35,685 nucleotides of DNA from a virus. Taxonomy: Duplodnaviria; Caudoviricetes. Location: positions 1 through 35,685 of the IMG/VR virus record IMGVR_UViG_3300029448_000162; one strand, given 5' to 3'. The notes beneath the pieces were generated by a model. The model searched no databases and had not been told where the DNA came from. It saw only the letters and a program-made list of their open reading frames with translations. Each line of letters starts with the position of its first letter. Positions within the stretch are counted from its first letter, which is position 1. Made by a program: the position numbers and the translations under genes. This document shows, piece after piece, positions 19,801-28,518 of the stretch.

Positions 19801-20333
19801 GTGTCTGATTCCGCTGGCTTGCCAAATGTTTGTCCTGACGAATTAGCGGCATTTAAAATATTGATAAACTGTTCTCTATAATTGGCATTGGTGCCATCGT
19901 TCCATACAACAGTTGTGTTGGAAAGATTTGTTCCTGATGAATCTGTTACATTTTCTGTAGTAGCCACACTTACAAATTTTAGTAATCCTGTGGCAGGTGT
20001 GTTTCTTTTGGCATTATAGTTGATCAATCTTGCCAACCTTAAAACTGAATTTCTTCTTTCAGCGGTTTCCAAAAAGTTTTCTCTAGCATTTAGATCAACT
20101 CTGAAGGAAAGTGACTGTGCCAGGTAAGCAATAAGATCCAAAAGTGCAACATATTCAGAACTTTCAATATAGTCGTTGAAATCGTCTGGATAATTTTCTC
20201 TGAGATAGGCCACCATTGTTCTTCTAATGGTCTCAAAGTCGTATGATTTGAAATCTGCTTGTTGAAAAGCGGTGTAAATTTTCCGCCAATCTTCAGCAAC
20301 TAAAAGTCTGTTCTGTCTATCTGTTGTGGCCAT
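16839..20333 (-). CDS. gp6: Baseplate wedge subunit, T4 gp6-like
   Basis: N-terminal 'DFETIR..MV.YL....DFNDYIESS...LLDLIAY......DLNARENFLETA.RR.SVLRLA..INY', then 'LVFGDG' and 'ESSDSIKQKAP..YYSQNRMITAEDY'. Directly downstream of the gp25-like gene. Confidence 0.85.
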   Translation of the reverse strand: MATTDRQNRLLVAEDWRKIYTAFQQADFKSYDFETIRRTMVAYLRENYPDDFNDYIESSEYVALLDLIAYLAQSLSFRVDLNARENFLETAERRNSVLRLARLINYNAKRNTPATGLLKFVSVATTENVTDSSGTNLSNTTVVWNDGTNANYREQFINILNAANSSGQTFGKPAESDTIGGIQTEIYNSSSNNTDLPIFTFRRTVSGVDRTFEIVPATIQDSESIYERTPLPGGGFSYVYRTDGAGDTSNNTGFFALFKQGSMSNSEFNIANPSTNFVQALNVNNINNSDVWLYELDDFGQIENLWDKVPTTVGNNAIYNSLGTDRRNIYNVVTKNNDAIDLVFGDGNFSNIPSGAFRAYYRQSDNATYSVQPADMTGITFALGYTDKNGAPQTLTVSASLQQSIYNAAATESSDSIKQKAPQAYYSQNRMITAEDYNVVPLSASQEIIKVRSVNRTASGISRAKEIIDPTGAYSNVSVFAEDGVLYREETEPAFTFTFNNNNEILSTINNSVESKLKEATARQFFYLKYGTKDLSSLSASWVSTTTGTNTNTGYFNAGGPLAVGGFSTSNLKYAKVGSLVKFTSPDTREFLNGKLVTAGTDNAQDRAWVKISAVVGDGSNSGEGNLESGLGPITLNDIIPANAVLNAVFPVFTTTFTTALKDDLIDRINAYEEFGLRFNEETGEWSVITSANLSASSVFSITNAGDTTATNLDQSWFFKFTNDGNTYTVTYRSLAYLFESEGQNKFHYDKTEKVYDYTTGTSVKDRIKVLKNNTVPSTGLGIGYPINWQIVDTVEESDGYQDNRKVQVGFFDGDDDGVVDNPEIFDIIVDPETSPATKFVFFEKYLSYNNIERFRPYASTNFVVTQNETDITLPGSYADGQLFYFYDSAENVIKKYDSSTITLSTTTDYRARRGRSNINFQYKHHAGQDTRIDPSVSNIVDIYMLERSYDSRFRTWLKDGGTKPSASTSDQLRISYSGFLNPLKGLSDQIVYHPVKYKILFGSKADSEFQATFKVVKNTATNVTNAVIQTRVIQAINEFFALDNFDFGDTFYFTELAAYVHQQLAPDLLSVVIVPNQSGQSFGSLFQVSGADDEIFISGATVDDVSIIDAISANQLAASGTVVTSTTDTTSSTRSTSAVSSVTSSSAGSGSSSSSSGSSGSGY

Positions 20334-20347
20334 ACTGTTTGTACGAA

Positions 20348-20355
20348 TATTTATG
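20348..20355 (-). promoter_or_regulatory. Late-promoter variant CATAAATA
   Basis: Intergenic, 14 nt upstream of the gp6-like ATG. Confidence 0.6.
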
Positions 20356-20375
20356 GTTTATATTAAGTGCGTATA

Positions 20376-20795
20376 TTAAGATAGACGCAGAGTGCTGTTT
20401 TCGTCAAAACTGAATGTCAATTTTTCTACAACATTGTAGGGCACATACCTTATAGTGGCCTGTACGGAAATGCCGTGTTCAAACTCACTAACAGTTATAT
20501 CTTCTGTTTGTAGTCGTGGATCTGCGTTAAGATTTTTTGTGATATCTTCTGCAACTGCTTCTTTAACTGCTTCTGTCAATGGTTCAAAAAGCACATCATA
20601 GATTATGGTGCCAAATTCAGGATTTTCTACACGCTCACCTTTACGCACACTCAGTCTATTAATGAGATCTTGCTTGATTAATGCAAAATCATACAGTTTA
20701 AAATTGTTTTTGTCTGCTCTAGAACTGAATCCTTTGAACACAGACTGACCTTCTATGTATCCTGATCCGTTTCCTGATGAACTATTGTACGCCAT
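20376..20795 (-). CDS. gp25: Baseplate wedge subunit, gp25/GPW family
   Basis: 139 aa with 'IKQDLINRLSVRKGERVENPEFGTIIYDVLFEP' and 'DPRL', hallmark motifs of the family. Confidence 0.9.
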   Translation of the reverse strand: MAYNSSSGNGSGYIEGQSVFKGFSSRADKNNFKLYDFALIKQDLINRLSVRKGERVENPEFGTIIYDVLFEPLTEAVKEAVAEDITKNLNADPRLQTEDITVSEFEHGISVQATIRYVPYNVVEKLTFSFDENSTLRLS

Positions 20796-20797
20796 AA

Positions 20798-22897
20798 TTA
20801 AAATCCAAAATATCTTCCTATACTACGAGCCACCTTACTTACAGTAGTGACAACATTTGCAACTGTACTTACCGTCTCTGCTGTTCGTACAACTGATGTC
20901 ACTTTGCCTCCAACAACATTTTTGTATGTGGTGGTCAGATTTGACATATTATTATATACGTTTGCTCCAGAACTTATTGTTCTAACCTGTGATAAATTAC
21001 CGGTTTTCTTAACTGTGCCAGACTCTTCAAGATTTGTTGTGCCTTTGGTGTACAGCACTCCGGATTCATTTACATTAACACTGGTGAAATTGGCAGTGCC
21101 AGCCACTGTGTTCGGCGTTGAAATAATTTGATTGTATGTTTCACTTTTTCCTGCATCTAAAGTTTGATAGTCGTCAATTTTGTCGGTTAGAAAGTTTGTT
21201 GTGCCTTGTCTTTTCCTGTAGTCTGCATTAAAATTATTGGTGACTGAATCCGCAGAATTGTTTGGCTGTTTTGCCAGTTCTGCATCAAGGTCTGCTTTGT
21301 ATTGTGCCCAACGTACACTTAACAGGTCACTGTTTCTGTTAAGATCTTCTATGTGTCCAGGAGTTCCAATATTTGTATCGGTTCCTCCAACGGAACCAAA
21401 AGCAGGTGCATTGTCTTGGTGTCCCCAAAACGGTTCATGCGTAGGAACTCTCATGCCTGACAAGCCTGGCAACGCTCTATCTACTTCGTAATTTTCACCT
21501 AAAGGTTTCAATGTGACATCTGGATAAGAAGTAAGTGCTGTGCCTGTGCCAGAAGGCTGTAAAAAACTTGTTCTAAACATAGACGGCACATAATTTCCTA
21601 CTCCTACGCTGTTAAAATGCACTTGTCCTCCTACTAAATGAACTTGACTTTTACCTTGTTGAATATTTTGCGTGCCAGCATCTGCGACTATTTTCCCAAA
21701 CGCTTTTTCATAAATGTTTTGTGCTTGAAATCTCATATCCAAGGTGGATATCGCTTTGACTGTTGCACCATCAATACTTACACCGCCTAAAGGAACTTGC
21801 ACGCCATTTTTTGTCTCAAAATTCTCGTTGGCTTTTATTTTAATGCTTTTGTTGGCATACATGTTAATGTTGCCTTCTGCGTGGAAATTTATATCTGCAC
21901 CTGATCTTAAATTGTAACCTGTTTGTGCATAAACATCAACTAAACCGTTGTTTGAAAACTCCATCCACACTGTGCCATCTGCGTTTGCTAGATACACAAC
22001 ACCTGCACTGTCACTCATGACAAGTTGATGCCCAGAACTAGTTCTCAATCTTACCAATTGATTTGCACCGTTGGCATCACCGTCATCCATCACAAAGGTA
22101 TGTCCAGCGTTTCTAGTTAAAACTTTTTCTTGTTGATCGTCTAAGGTGCCGACTCTTGCTTTTTTATTTGATCTTGTATCTATTCTTCCTGGAGTGCTTA
22201 TTCCAAAAACATTACTAGGAGTTTCTCTTCTTGCACTGGAACTGGTAGTGCCTCTCACATCGTCTTTTACAAGACCTTGTTTTTTTAAAGTGTTTGCAAA
22301 TGGATGGATTGGTTTTTTTAGTTTGTCGAAACCTTCAGCACTTGCTGAATCCCAAATTCCTCTATTGACTTCTCCTGCAGGTAAATCTTCAGTGCCAAAA
22401 CTTTTAATTTTCTCTGATACTTTGTTGGTAGGGTCGTTCTCTCCGCCTCCAACTCCTAATGGATTGTAAGTATTTGTTGAACTTGCTATACCAGGAGTCA
22501 TGTGATTGACAAATGGTTCCTGTATACAACCCATCCAGTAGGCCTGATTAATCTTTCCTTCTGCAAAAGTGACTAAAACTTTGGTGTCTATGTCAGGTGG
22601 AACCATCCACATTCCATACGAATGTTGTGATTGTTCATAACTTGTTATATCGCTGGTGTTGACTGCCTTGGGACTCTTGGCTCCATAAAAAGGTGCAAGA
22701 TAGTCACAGGTGATTAATTGATCACTGTTGACATTTTGAGCATTGTGTATTGCTGGAATCACAACACCTATTCTGCCCATTCTGGTCACGTCTCTGTTTT
22801 CTTTTACAATGGCCACATACGGACCTGGATCAACAACAGTGTAAGACTTGTCGTTGTCAAGTTTTGTAGTTGAGGTATATCCTTGATTAAGTGCCAT
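20798..22897 (-). CDS. Baseplate central spike, gp5/VgrG-like (OB-fold plus beta-helix)
   Basis: 'GPYVAIVKENRDVTRMGRIGVVIP', 'SYGMWMVPPDIDTKVLVTF' and 'GHTFVMDDG....LVRLRTSSGHQLVMSD'. Lies between the hub-like and gp25 genes. Confidence 0.8.
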   Translation of the reverse strand: MALNQGYTSTTKLDNDKSYTVVDPGPYVAIVKENRDVTRMGRIGVVIPAIHNAQNVNSDQLITCDYLAPFYGAKSPKAVNTSDITSYEQSQHSYGMWMVPPDIDTKVLVTFAEGKINQAYWMGCIQEPFVNHMTPGIASSTNTYNPLGVGGGENDPTNKVSEKIKSFGTEDLPAGEVNRGIWDSASAEGFDKLKKPIHPFANTLKKQGLVKDDVRGTTSSSARRETPSNVFGISTPGRIDTRSNKKARVGTLDDQQEKVLTRNAGHTFVMDDGDANGANQLVRLRTSSGHQLVMSDSAGVVYLANADGTVWMEFSNNGLVDVYAQTGYNLRSGADINFHAEGNINMYANKSIKIKANENFETKNGVQVPLGGVSIDGATVKAISTLDMRFQAQNIYEKAFGKIVADAGTQNIQQGKSQVHLVGGQVHFNSVGVGNYVPSMFRTSFLQPSGTGTALTSYPDVTLKPLGENYEVDRALPGLSGMRVPTHEPFWGHQDNAPAFGSVGGTDTNIGTPGHIEDLNRNSDLLSVRWAQYKADLDAELAKQPNNSADSVTNNFNADYRKRQGTTNFLTDKIDDYQTLDAGKSETYNQIISTPNTVAGTANFTSVNVNESGVLYTKGTTNLEESGTVKKTGNLSQVRTISSGANVYNNMSNLTTTYKNVVGGKVTSVVRTAETVSTVANVVTTVSKVARSIGRYFGF

Positions 22898-24936
22898 TAT
22901 GCTGATACTTCTCCTGGTCCTACAAATACATTTTCTGATACATTTTCGGAATTTATCGAACCGCCTTTATCTGCCGCTCGAAGTTGTCTTCGTGTAATTT
23001 TTTGTTGATTCATACATCTTGCCATAGTTAAATTTTGAGTAAACTGTCCATTTTCTAATCTGCTTTCCACTCTAATAACTCTATATAAGCCACTGAACTG
23101 AGGTGTTGCTTCAGTATTGAACTTGTACAATCCTTCATTTTCATCAAAATCACTAGGAAATTTAAAATCTAGTTGCACTACAACTTCTCCGTTGTCAAAA
23201 TTGAATGCTTTATATTGAGGATCCCAAACACTTGACCCTATGTTTATTCTTTGTTGATTTGAATTGTCGCCCACTCGTAAAGGTATGGCATAGTCCTGGC
23301 CTAAAAAAGCAGGATCTCCCATGATCTTCATATCAACATTTACCATGTCTCCTTTGGGATTGACCAGATAATCATACACTGTGTCTGCCAACGCTTGGTT
23401 TTCTTGAACTTCTTTGTCCTGATTGTCCACACTAGGATTTTCTGTGTTCAAAGTTGTTACGTATGAATGTAATGGCAGTAATGGATCTGCTTCATAATTA
23501 TTTGTTTTGATTAATTTTGACAAAGCACTTTTTGCCTTGTTTAATATTTTTATTAAAATATTTGGATCTTGTTTTCTTAAAATTGATTGATAGTAACCTG
23601 CGTTGTATTCTACATTAAGATCTAATATATCTAAATTTTCTCCAGTGTAAATGTAATTAAATTTTTTACGTACAGCGTTTTTGTAATCGAAACTAAAACC
23701 AAAACCTGCTCGCACAAAATTTAGTACATGTATTTTGAAAGGTTTGACATGATAGTGTATTATTCTGTTATGGGTACCTAATTTTTTGTCAAAGATTGGT
23801 CCTTCTTTTACTGTTGTGACAATTTTAAACCAATCAACATATTGATCATCTTCTGAAATAGAACCAGATACTGTAAAAAGATCTGCTTTATCTGCTAAAA
23901 TTTGCTCAATGTCGTTGTATTTTACAAATTGCCTCACTGTGTCTTCAATAATTTTTACAATGCTTTGATTTTTTCCGTAGGTAAAAACTTTAAATGAACC
24001 TTGTTTTCTATTCTTGTTAAAAAATCCAGTTGTTGGATATACATCTCCATTTTGACTTTGCAATTGTCCAATACCAGCACCGACTGTGATTTCATATTTG
24101 TCTGCTGTATCTCTCAGTTTATCAGGACCTACCTCTTGATCTTCAATATCATTGTTTAGTTGTCTAGCAAATTCATTCATTTGGTCCTGTATAGTGGATT
24201 GACCTGCTACAGTACCGCCGCCTCTGGTGAATAAAAAAGCATTGATCATGGCAAATTCAGTCCAAGGATATGCTTCTACTGTGTAGGTAGTTCCGCCTGC
24301 ATTCATTTGTAAGGAAGATTTTGAAAGACGAACAGGATATACTCTTTTAGGCACAACATTAGGAATTTCATTACCTAGATCATCATATCCTTTAAATTCT
24401 ATTGTGATCAAAAAAGGTGCTGTTGTATGGTTTCTGTATCCAGAATTAAATGCGGCCGCTCTACACTTTTCCCAAAAGGTTATTCCGTTAGGCTCTTCAA
24501 GAACCATTTCAATTTTTGTGTAGTTCATAAGTTTTCTGAACTCGTTGGGTCTAGGAAAACTATCGATAGTGACACTATTAAAATAAATGTCTCTTCCTTT
24601 GTTGAGCACTCTTTGGCTTTCACCAACTACATCTTCATAAGTTTTTTTTGTTGTTTTTTTGTCACCTAAAACATCAGCGGATCTGGCTTCTTCAATTGTT
24701 CTAGTGACGTTTGGATTACCTATACCTCCGGTTCTGGCAATTATATTTTGTGGCACATCTGTTGGAATCTTATCTGGATTATCCAATTGACTTCTGCTCA
24801 ACGCACTCAAAGTCAAAACGTAGTTGTAACTGGCAAATTTATGCAACACATTGTCTTCAACAAGACTTCTTTTGCCTGCACCAACTTGTGTTGTATCAGT
24901 TAAAACATTTTCCTTAGTTGTAGGATTTACAAACAT
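22897..24936 (-). CDS. Baseplate hub protein (gp27/GpD-like)
   Basis: 679 aa between the gp53-like and gp5-like genes. C-terminal 'MKIMGDP' and 'FSGLYRVIRVESRLENGQFTQNL' are typical hub motifs. Confidence 0.65.
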   Translation of the reverse strand: MFVNPTTKENVLTDTTQVGAGKRSLVEDNVLHKFASYNYVLTLSALSRSQLDNPDKIPTDVPQNIIARTGGIGNPNVTRTIEEARSADVLGDKKTTKKTYEDVVGESQRVLNKGRDIYFNSVTIDSFPRPNEFRKLMNYTKIEMVLEEPNGITFWEKCRAAAFNSGYRNHTTAPFLITIEFKGYDDLGNEIPNVVPKRVYPVRLSKSSLQMNAGGTTYTVEAYPWTEFAMINAFLFTRGGGTVAGQSTIQDQMNEFARQLNNDIEDQEVGPDKLRDTADKYEITVGAGIGQLQSQNGDVYPTTGFFNKNRKQGSFKVFTYGKNQSIVKIIEDTVRQFVKYNDIEQILADKADLFTVSGSISEDDQYVDWFKIVTTVKEGPIFDKKLGTHNRIIHYHVKPFKIHVLNFVRAGFGFSFDYKNAVRKKFNYIYTGENLDILDLNVEYNAGYYQSILRKQDPNILIKILNKAKSALSKLIKTNNYEADPLLPLHSYVTTLNTENPSVDNQDKEVQENQALADTVYDYLVNPKGDMVNVDMKIMGDPAFLGQDYAIPLRVGDNSNQQRINIGSSVWDPQYKAFNFDNGEVVVQLDFKFPSDFDENEGLYKFNTEATPQFSGLYRVIRVESRLENGQFTQNLTMARCMNQQKITRRQLRAADKGGSINSENVSENVFVGPGEVSA

Positions 24937-24937
24937 T

Positions 24938-25237
24938 TTAGATTCCCAAGTCTTGTTTCAGATTGCTGAGTTTAGGCAATTGAATTGTAACTCCAGGAGC
25001 AAAATCATAAATTGGATCTTCTATTTGGTTTGGATTTCTTTGTGCGAATACCCACCAAAGCCTCGGTGAACCGTACAAGTCAAATGCTAATAAGTCTGGC
25101 CTGTATGCGTAAATTCTGTCAATGGTGTAAGACACATCATCTGCATCAGCAGTTATTGTTCTTGGCACAAAAAAACCTAGGCCAATATTATTTTGTTCTG
25201 TTGCAAAATATGGAGATGTGTTTGAATATTCAGCCAT
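24938..25237 (-). CDS. gp53: Baseplate wedge protein, gp53/LysM-like
   Basis: 99 aa with 'YTI....YRPDLLAFDLYGSPRLWWVFAQRNP....PI.DF.PG..I.LP'. Confidence 0.8.
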   Translation of the reverse strand: MAEYSNTSPYFATEQNNIGLGFFVPRTITADADDVSYTIDRIYAYRPDLLAFDLYGSPRLWWVFAQRNPNQIEDPIYDFAPGVTIQLPKLSNLKQDLGI

Positions 25238-26130
25238 TAAATAAATCCTATTCCGTTAACATTGTTTAATTCGCCAGTAACAAATTTTTGTAAAGAAAAC
25301 TGTTTAATTGTATCTCTTGAGTAGATAGGTTGTATTTGCACTGTAATAGTACTTAATGAAGGTGCCCAAGTTGCTGGAATGGTGCTTGTTGATTGTGGAG
25401 TTATAAAACCATCATCGGGTGTTTGTATATTTGAAGGATTAGGTATTTTTACTCCTTGTGATGTTGAAATGTAATCTACATCAGATCTTAATTCACAAGT
25501 AAAGTTTGTTACAATTACAGGAATATTTTTAAAAACATGATCACCATAACCGTTGAACTTTAAAATTGGTGGTGGATTACCTCTTTGAGCATCTGCTCCA
25601 CCAAAAAACATTTTTGTTACTGCTCTTAAGAAATGAATTGCACCTACCCAGTATGCCGCGTCAGTTTGATTCTGTACAGGAAACTCTCCCACAATGGTCA
25701 TGTTTGCTGGTTCAGAATTTTGATATGCATAGTAAGGATAGTTTGCGTGTGTTGTTGCCAACTGTGAATAATTGGCTTGATGTTGCATGATTACCGAAGG
25801 AGTAATTGGAAAAATTATACCATTTGTTTTTACTAATTCTCCTAAAACTTTATAATCTTGTTGGTTTGCTGTTTTATTACTGCCTTTAAAGAATATATCG
25901 TTTAATGAACTTTCAGGCGGAATAGTCAATTTTACTCTCCAGTCTGTAGAACCCGATCTTGTTCTCCAACTGGCTGTTCCAGGATTACCACCAAACAATC
26001 CTTTTTCCGCACCTTTGTTTAGTCCTGCACCAAACAGTCTGCCTAAGGTTCTATTGAACACACCTCTAGCCGATTGTCCCACTGCTTGACCAAGGGTCTT
26101 TTGATTTGGTTGTATAGGTTGCGTACTCAT
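25237..26130 (-). CDS. Baseplate tail-tube initiator/cap-like protein
   Basis: 'IIFPITPSV', 'FLRAVTKMFFG....GNPPPILKFNGYG..VF.NIPVIVTNF' resemble a tube-fold protein, and the gene is first in the baseplate operon. Start moved to ATG 26130 because the track's start (26166) lies upstream of the late promoter. Confidence 0.6.
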   Translation of the reverse strand: MSTQPIQPNQKTLGQAVGQSARGVFNRTLGRLFGAGLNKGAEKGLFGGNPGTASWRTRSGSTDWRVKLTIPPESSLNDIFFKGSNKTANQQDYKVLGELVKTNGIIFPITPSVIMQHQANYSQLATTHANYPYYAYQNSEPANMTIVGEFPVQNQTDAAYWVGAIHFLRAVTKMFFGGADAQRGNPPPILKFNGYGDHVFKNIPVIVTNFTCELRSDVDYISTSQGVKIPNPSNIQTPDDGFITPQSTSTIPATWAPSLSTITVQIQPIYSRDTIKQFSLQKFVTGELNNVNGIGFI

Positions 26131-26147
26131 AAAAAATATTGTATAAT
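26119..26147 (+). promoter_or_regulatory. Host sigma70-type promoter for the gp55-47-mazG-46 operon
   Basis: TTGCGT (26119-26124), 17-nt spacer, TATAAT (26142-26147). Confidence 0.65.
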
Positions 26148-26153
26148 AAACAA

Positions 26154-26161
26154 TATTTATA
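26154..26161 (-). promoter_or_regulatory. T4-type late promoter TATAAATA for the baseplate operon
   Basis: Exact match, 23 nt upstream of ATG 26130. Confidence 0.75.
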
Positions 26162-26263
26162 GGCATAATAATAGGCGCATTTAATTACCCTTACGGCACA
26201 ATTTTACAGCACATTTCAACAGACCTGTTTGTGGTCATTTCAACCAGACAATGAAAGAACTAT

Positions 26264-27202
26264 ATGAAAAGAGTAAACTATTTAAACAACAGAGATCTGC
26301 TGAAACAAATACATTTAAGCAAAAATACCTACTGCTCTTATGTTAGTGCCGAAGACAGCAATTATGACATCATAGTCAAGGATGTCAAAAAAATAAACGC
26401 CAAAACAATTTCACAGGCTAGAAAAAATAAAGCCAAAAAAATGACACAAGAATCATGGGAAACTGCCAAAGCGGCCGCAGGCAGGAAAAATAAATTGAAA
26501 ATGTCAGACTTTGAAGTGAGTCCAAGAAAAATTGACAAAACTGATCTAGTGTTTAGAGTCATGTGTTTTGACCATATTCCAGAAGAGCCAGGTAGAAAAA
26601 ATAATCCTAAGACTGTCGCAGACAGACACACTAAAGTTAACTTTCCTCCGTTCCAACATTATAGATTCGACAAAAAAGGCAAACTCAATTGTGTGGGAAA
26701 ATCACACTGGGTTGGCGGAATGCAAAACGGTTCCTTCAAACACACACAGGGCAACATCACTGCTGAACTAGCAAAGATGTACATGAAACTGTGCGAAAGA
26801 TACGGCACAAGATCAAACTGGAGAGGCTACACATACAACGACGAAATGCAATCTCAGGCTTTGATGCAATTGAGTCAGATAGGTTTGCAGTTTGATGAAT
26901 CAAAATCAGAAAATCCTTTTGCGTATTACACAGCGGCTATCACAAATTCATTCACAAGAATACTAAACATTGAAAAGAAAAATCAAAACATCAGAGACGA
27001 TATTATGGAACAAAATAATCTCATGCCGTCAATGACTAGACAGATGAGTGAACTGATTGCTAAACAGAATAAAAGAATCAAAGAAGAAGGTTCCACAGTG
27101 AGAGTAGCCACAAAAACATCAATGGCACAGTTTAACAGACACTACAAAAAAACTGGAGAACGAAAATATGATCTTCTTAAATACAAGGAAGTTAAAAAAT
27201 AA
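26264..27202 (+). CDS. gp55: Late-transcription sigma factor, T4 gp55-like (with large basic N-terminal insertion)
   Basis: 'NYLNN.DLL' and 'NWRGYTYNDEMQSQALMQL...GLQFDESKSENPFAYYT..I.NSF.RILN.EKK'. Canonical position upstream of gp47/46. Confidence 0.85.
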   Translation: MKRVNYLNNRDLLKQIHLSKNTYCSYVSAEDSNYDIIVKDVKKINAKTISQARKNKAKKMTQESWETAKAAAGRKNKLKMSDFEVSPRKIDKTDLVFRVMCFDHIPEEPGRKNNPKTVADRHTKVNFPPFQHYRFDKKGKLNCVGKSHWVGGMQNGSFKHTQGNITAELAKMYMKLCERYGTRSNWRGYTYNDEMQSQALMQLSQIGLQFDESKSENPFAYYTAAITNSFTRILNIEKKNQNIRDDIMEQNNLMPSMTRQMSELIAKQNKRIKEEGSTVRVATKTSMAQFNRHYKKTGERKYDLLKYKEVKK

Positions 27203-28224
27203 TGGCATTATTTAAAAAAGTCGCTTGTTTTACTGACATACATTTTGGAATGAAAGGTAATTCAAGAATACACAATGACGACTGTGAGTCTTTTATCTAT
27301 TGGTTTATTGATCAAGCCAAAGCACAAGGTTGTGAAACTTGCATATTCTTAGGCGACTGGCACCATCACAGATCTTCAACAAACGTTTCCACAATGAACT
27401 ACACAGTTTCCAACATGGAAAGATTGGGCCAAGCATTTGAAAAAGTTTATGTGATCATGGGCAATCATGATTTGTTTTACAGAGACAAACGAGAAATAAA
27501 CTCAATGGAGTTTATCAGAAATATTCCAAACATACACATTGTCAATGAATGGATTGAGACAGAAGATGTCGCTATTATTCCTTGGATAGTACAGGATGAA
27601 TGGAAACGTATTCCACAGATGCAACAGAAATATATTTTTGGACACTTTGAACTGCCATATTTTAAAATGAACGCAATGGTAGAAATGCCAGATGTGGGTG
27701 GTATCAAGGCAGAACATTTTGTTAATCAGCAGTATGTGTTCACAGGACACTTTCACAAAAGACAAGTGAGAAACAATGTTGTATACATGGGTAATGCTTT
27801 TCCACACAATTATGCTGATGCTGGTGATGACGAACGAGGCATGATGATTTTGGAACATGGTGGCACACCAAAATATTATAATTGGCCAGATATGCCAAGG
27901 TACAGAAACTATAAAATAAGCCAACTGTTAGCAAATCCAGAGGGACTACTAAAAGAAAAAATGTATGTGAGAGTCACACTAGACATCAAGATCAGTTATG
28001 AAGAAGCCAATTTTATTCGAGAAACATTTATAGACAAATACAAACTACGAGAACTACAATTGATCCCTGAACAGGTTGATCAAGCACAAGAAACCACAGC
28101 CACGATAGAAAAGTTTGACAGTGTGGATCAAATTGTTGTTAAACAATTGGAAAGTGTTGATTCTCAAACATATGATAAAAAAATACTAATGGCAATCTAC
28201 AACAACTTGGACGTAAACAACTAA
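27202..28224 (+). CDS. gp47: Recombination endonuclease, Mre11/SbcD-like
   Basis: Metallophosphoesterase motifs DIHFG, LGDWHH, MGNHD, FGHFE and TGHFH. Confidence 0.93.
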   Translation: MALFKKVACFTDIHFGMKGNSRIHNDDCESFIYWFIDQAKAQGCETCIFLGDWHHHRSSTNVSTMNYTVSNMERLGQAFEKVYVIMGNHDLFYRDKREINSMEFIRNIPNIHIVNEWIETEDVAIIPWIVQDEWKRIPQMQQKYIFGHFELPYFKMNAMVEMPDVGGIKAEHFVNQQYVFTGHFHKRQVRNNVVYMGNAFPHNYADAGDDERGMMILEHGGTPKYYNWPDMPRYRNYKISQLLANPEGLLKEKMYVRVTLDIKISYEEANFIRETFIDKYKLRELQLIPEQVDQAQETTATIEKFDSVDQIVVKQLESVDSQTYDKKILMAIYNNLDVNN

Positions 28225-28225
28225 A

Positions 28226-28516
28226 ATGCAAGAATTAATTGAAAAAGTAAACAAATGGTTTGAAGATCGCAACTTGATAAAAGGAAGCACAGACAAAGAT
28301 CAAATTTTAAAACTGATGCAGGAACTAGGTGAATTAAGTGACCATGCCTGCAAAGGTGAAGACATCAGAGATGATTTAGGAGATATGTTGGTTGTAATAT
28401 TGAACATAATGAAAAGAAACGATTATACCATTGAAGAATGTCTGCAGATAGCATACAATGATATTAAAGACAGAAAAGGCCGAATGGTTGATGGCATATT
28501 TGTAAAAGAGGAATAA
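28226..28516 (+). CDS. mazG: MazG-like nucleotide pyrophosphohydrolase
   Basis: 'WFEDRNL..GS...Q.LKLMQELGEL.......DIRDDLGDMLVV' and 'ECLQIAYNDIKDRKGRMVDGIFVKE'. Confidence 0.88.
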   Translation: MQELIEKVNKWFEDRNLIKGSTDKDQILKLMQELGELSDHACKGEDIRDDLGDMLVVILNIMKRNDYTIEECLQIAYNDIKDRKGRMVDGIFVKEE

Positions 28517-28518
28517 CA

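Noticed and set aside
24641-24660. Poly-A runs in the hub gene as a slippage site
   Set aside because: They encode KKTTKKT in an intact frame, and I saw no useful alternative frame.
630-25790. Many short plus-strand ORFs opposite the structural genes
   Set aside because: They are antisense shadows of T/S/G-rich genes with biased codon use, and have no RBS or recognisable motifs.
26131-26166. Track start for the tube-initiator gene at 26166
   Set aside because: This segment contains the promoters and palindrome, so ATG 26130 is more plausible.
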